Of a stretch of DNA of 64,000 nucleotides, positions 60,956-64,000 are shown piece by piece. The position numbers and the translations under genes were made by a program. This stretch comes from Veleropilina oligotropha. Lineage: Eukaryota. Numbering within the stretch: position 1 is the stretch's first letter; each line of letters starts with the position of its first letter. The stretch is from contig JBEUKZ010000109.1 of assembly GCA_048128005.1 (NCBI GenBank), positions 1 through 64,000 on the forward strand, given 5' to 3'. The notes beneath the pieces are model-generated. The model did not search any database, was not told where the DNA came from, and worked only from the letters and a program-made list of their open reading frames with translations.

Positions 60956-62159
60956 GAAGAGTTCATTTGCAAAAACAGACAACTCCATATTTGTCATTGT
61001 CTGTAAAACAGGTTTTCTTGGTGTGCTTTTGGGGTTAAAGCTAGTAATTTCACATAGGGTATTTCAGAGTCGATATAAGTGAAGTAAATAAAGGACAGAA
61101 TATCCAAAATCTAAATTTATTTGAAAAAGTTTAAAAAGTGTTTTTGTAGTCTGTTTGTCGGCAAAAACAGACAACTCCACAAGATACATTTTTCTCAAAA
61201 ACCGACAAATCCAAAATATTTTATTGTGCACAAACATGTTAATAAAATGTAATAATGGTAAGTATTATGATTGTTGATGATTGATTCAAGATAAACAAGA
61301 CATATTAATCTACCTACAATGAGGTCCAGAGACCAATGAACAAGCATTATGACTGGGTTACCTTGCCCCAGATTCACCCAACCTACCCAAGATTCCATCA
61401 CACCCCATTCAGTACGTTCAGAAAACCCCCAGATTCCAAGCATATAGCTTCAGTGCAAGGAACAAGGATGACAATCATGCTAAGACTTTGCAGAGCATTA
61501 ATAATAATACATTTCACAATATTACAGAACAATCTTGGTGTTTTCGAGTGCTGTTTTAGGCGGTTGTACCGCACACCAGAAATAATGGACTTCATACTTT
61601 TGTTAGTGTGCAATCCGTTCATATAAAAAAAACACCATGGGGTTAGATTTTGATTTGTCCTGAGTAGGTCTGAAACGTAGTATTTTTTTTTGTGGGGGGG
61701 GGGACTTGGTACTTTGTTACTGAATTAAAATACACAATCAAAAACTAATATTGATTACAAAAGAATAACTTATGCCACAGACTAGAAGAGGAGTCATGGT
61801 TTGCATAGCTATGTGACTAGCATTGCATTGACTGTGTTGCTACAAAATTTCCAGTAGGAGATGATTAAGATCACTGGTCTACATGCTAATGTCCAAGATG
61901 TTCAAGAGAGGAATTTCCTGAATACGTTGTTTCAAATCCTAAAATATAAGAAAGTGTGACACAGGAAGAGAGCAAAAATATCAATCTTTTTCACAGTCCT
62001 AACAATATTATTGCCAATGATGTTTTGAAATTTTGTAGGCTCACCAAGAATATTAAGAAAAAATACCACATTTCCTACATTGTGATGACGGGGAAAACAT
62101 CCAATATTTTGTTCACAATTCTTGTACACTGTACATAATCCGATGGATAAGCAAAGTGC

Positions 62160-64000
62160 TCAGTCCTCTTCATCACTGCTCTCCTCAAGGTCCTGTCTGC
62201 CAATGTTCTGAACGCCCACATCGGCAAAGGCTTCCTCATAGAATTCGCGGACTGTGTCAGAAGCACCAATCTCACCAAGAAGTTTGAGGACGTCATCTTT
62301 CTTGGCAGGCTTCACACAGTTGACCATGGGAGCGACGGCTGGTATGAAGTGCTCCCATTTTTTACCCCTCTTGAGAACAACATGCTCACAGAAGTCTCCG
62401 CCGTACACCTGCTTGAAACCGACCTTCTCTGAATTGATGCGTAGGACCTTGCTGTCACTAATTTTGAAGGACCGCTGGGACTTGCAATTCTCCGCTGTAG
62501 CTGCCTTGAAATCTCGACACTTCCAATCTGGACCATACACGTGTACATTGCCATGTTTGGCCAGAATTTCCACGTACTCTTGAGGAAGCAGAATAGTATT
62601 CTGCTTCCTGATATCCTGTTCGATCCTGCCAAATGCGCGATCTGCAGGAAGAAAACTGACCTCGGACGGGGAACGTATACTCAATGTTCAGCTGTGGAAA
62701 GTTCTGTTTTCGCAATGCAAACAGCATGGACAACACATTGATATTCTTGTTTTGGCCAAAACAGGAGTCTGAAAAAAGGCGCAAGTCTCTGTATGTTTTC
62801 AGCTCATCTCCAACAACAGAAACGAAATAGTGGGTCAGTGCTGAAGCCACCATATTGCTGTCCTTGCGCATACATGTGATCTTTTTGAAATCGGATATTG
62901 GGAGATCTGGTGAAAAATGTTGGGTTTATGTATGAAATATTGGGAGATTTTATAGTTATAATTAACAACGCAGATATGAAGATAACATATACTGTACATA
63001 TTTTATTTACAAATTGTATTTATATGCTATGTTACACAAGTTTACGTCTGGTTGTAACAAGCTGATTTAGCAGCCTTTAAAGGGTTATTATCAGGTGTAA
63101 AGTTAAAACACGCCTCATCAATGTTCATCTTGGTTGACATCAAAGAGTTGATTGTCTTGTTACTGAGATTCCCTCTAAAATGTGATCTACATTGCATTTT
63201 TCGATATTTATAATACTTAATACCAGCGTGTATGCTCGTTAAATAATAGGATTTTACTACTTATGACAACTTTATATTTCCTGCATGTCACTAAAACGTA
63301 TTATTAAAATGATTAAATTAGTGTCACGTAGGCCTACATGTAATTAAAACTATTTGCGTATACAAGCTCCATTGTTTCGAAAATAAAACTAACGTCCCGA
63401 TAACACCATTTGTCAACACATGTCAAGGGCGGTCTATTTATTTCGGGTTAAATACAAACACCATTGATTAATCGCTAGGGAAGTCGTCGTAATTACCTTC
63501 AAGGCTTGCTATCTCGAACAGGGCCCTTTGTGTCATAGCTAATCTGGATTTCACACGTGCTATTTTTATCGATAATCAGACTCGGGACTTTCCGGCAGAT
63601 ACCGAAACACCTTCGCGCTTGCCGAGAAACAACGAGCGATTTCCGATTGACTTTTAGTAACCTAAACGCCCAAATCATCAACAAAGGGACGAGAATCAAC
63701 GTTGTCAGTAAGCACGTGTGCCAGAAATGAAAACGAAACATTTTACGACCGTAGAATAAATTATCGCATGGTTTTTAAGAAATTGCGGGTTATTTTGCAC
63801 TTTTACGGTAGGTTGGGAGAGAGCACCCAAATGCGGGACCTCCCGCACGATTACGGGAGAGATCACATGTATGCTTGCGGTTTTGGCTTTCTAGCCAGAC
63901 AAAAAGATCAATGTCATTTTTTCCCTGTGGTTGACCTCGGCCGCGGTGGTGAACTACACCAAAAACATACAGGTAGAGCTGCCTTGAATAGTAGGTTTGT
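62160..64000 (-). pseudogene. Sola1-like transposase C-terminal half
   Basis: YYSRQLYLYVFGV, W.ESQNRK|DSNMVASAL, LFSDSCFGQNKN, FPVRG(H)SFLPADRAFGRIE. Frameshifts at ~63903 and ~62658, plus a MITE insertion. Confidence 0.8.
62869..63873. mobile_element. ~1 kb non-autonomous DNA transposon with 6-bp TSD (hAT-like)
   Basis: Perfect 14-bp TIR CATACATGTGATCT; CTTGCG duplicated at 62863-62868 and 63874-63879; GGGAGA/TCCCG subterminal motifs. Confidence 0.88.

Larger units (their letters stand above)
60959..64000 (-). mobile_element. Sola (Sola1-like) DNA transposon, runs off the window
   Basis: Putative terminus GAGTTCATTTGCAAAAACAGACAACTCC with an internal repeat at ~61160; transposase remnant on the minus strand. 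The other end is not in the window. Confidence 0.6.

Overview
AT-rich animal genomic DNA, probably a marine invertebrate such as a mollusc (judged only from the repeat families). It is almost entirely a pile of nested transposable elements, and I found no convincing host gene. Main contents: (1) two PIF/Harbinger transposons (2773-6741, 9987-16188) whose transposase and MADF/BESS genes are interlocked on opposite strands; (2) two Ngaro-type (DIRS order) tyrosine-recombinase retrotransposons on the minus strand, a gag-only one (~9013-17730) and a formerly complete one (~18065-36200) carrying four nested insertions (an intact full-length I-group LINE, a Tc1, a CryptonA and a truncated I-group LINE); (3) a CR1/L2-group LINE ORF2; (4) CryptonV-like exons; (5) an apparently intact 10 kb animal EnSpm/CACTA element with transposase plus a 6-exon DUF4806 gene; (6) a Sola1-like pseudogene split by a MITE with a 6-bp TSD; (7) SINEs, Helentron-like repeats and microsatellites. 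The most unusual signal is a structured non-coding domain near the 3' end of both Ngaro-like elements: an array of CCAGTGAG...CACTGG stem-loops enclosed by a long-range GGGGACAGCTCGGC inverted repeat. All calls were made by eye from the sequence and ORF track. No searches or folding programs were run.
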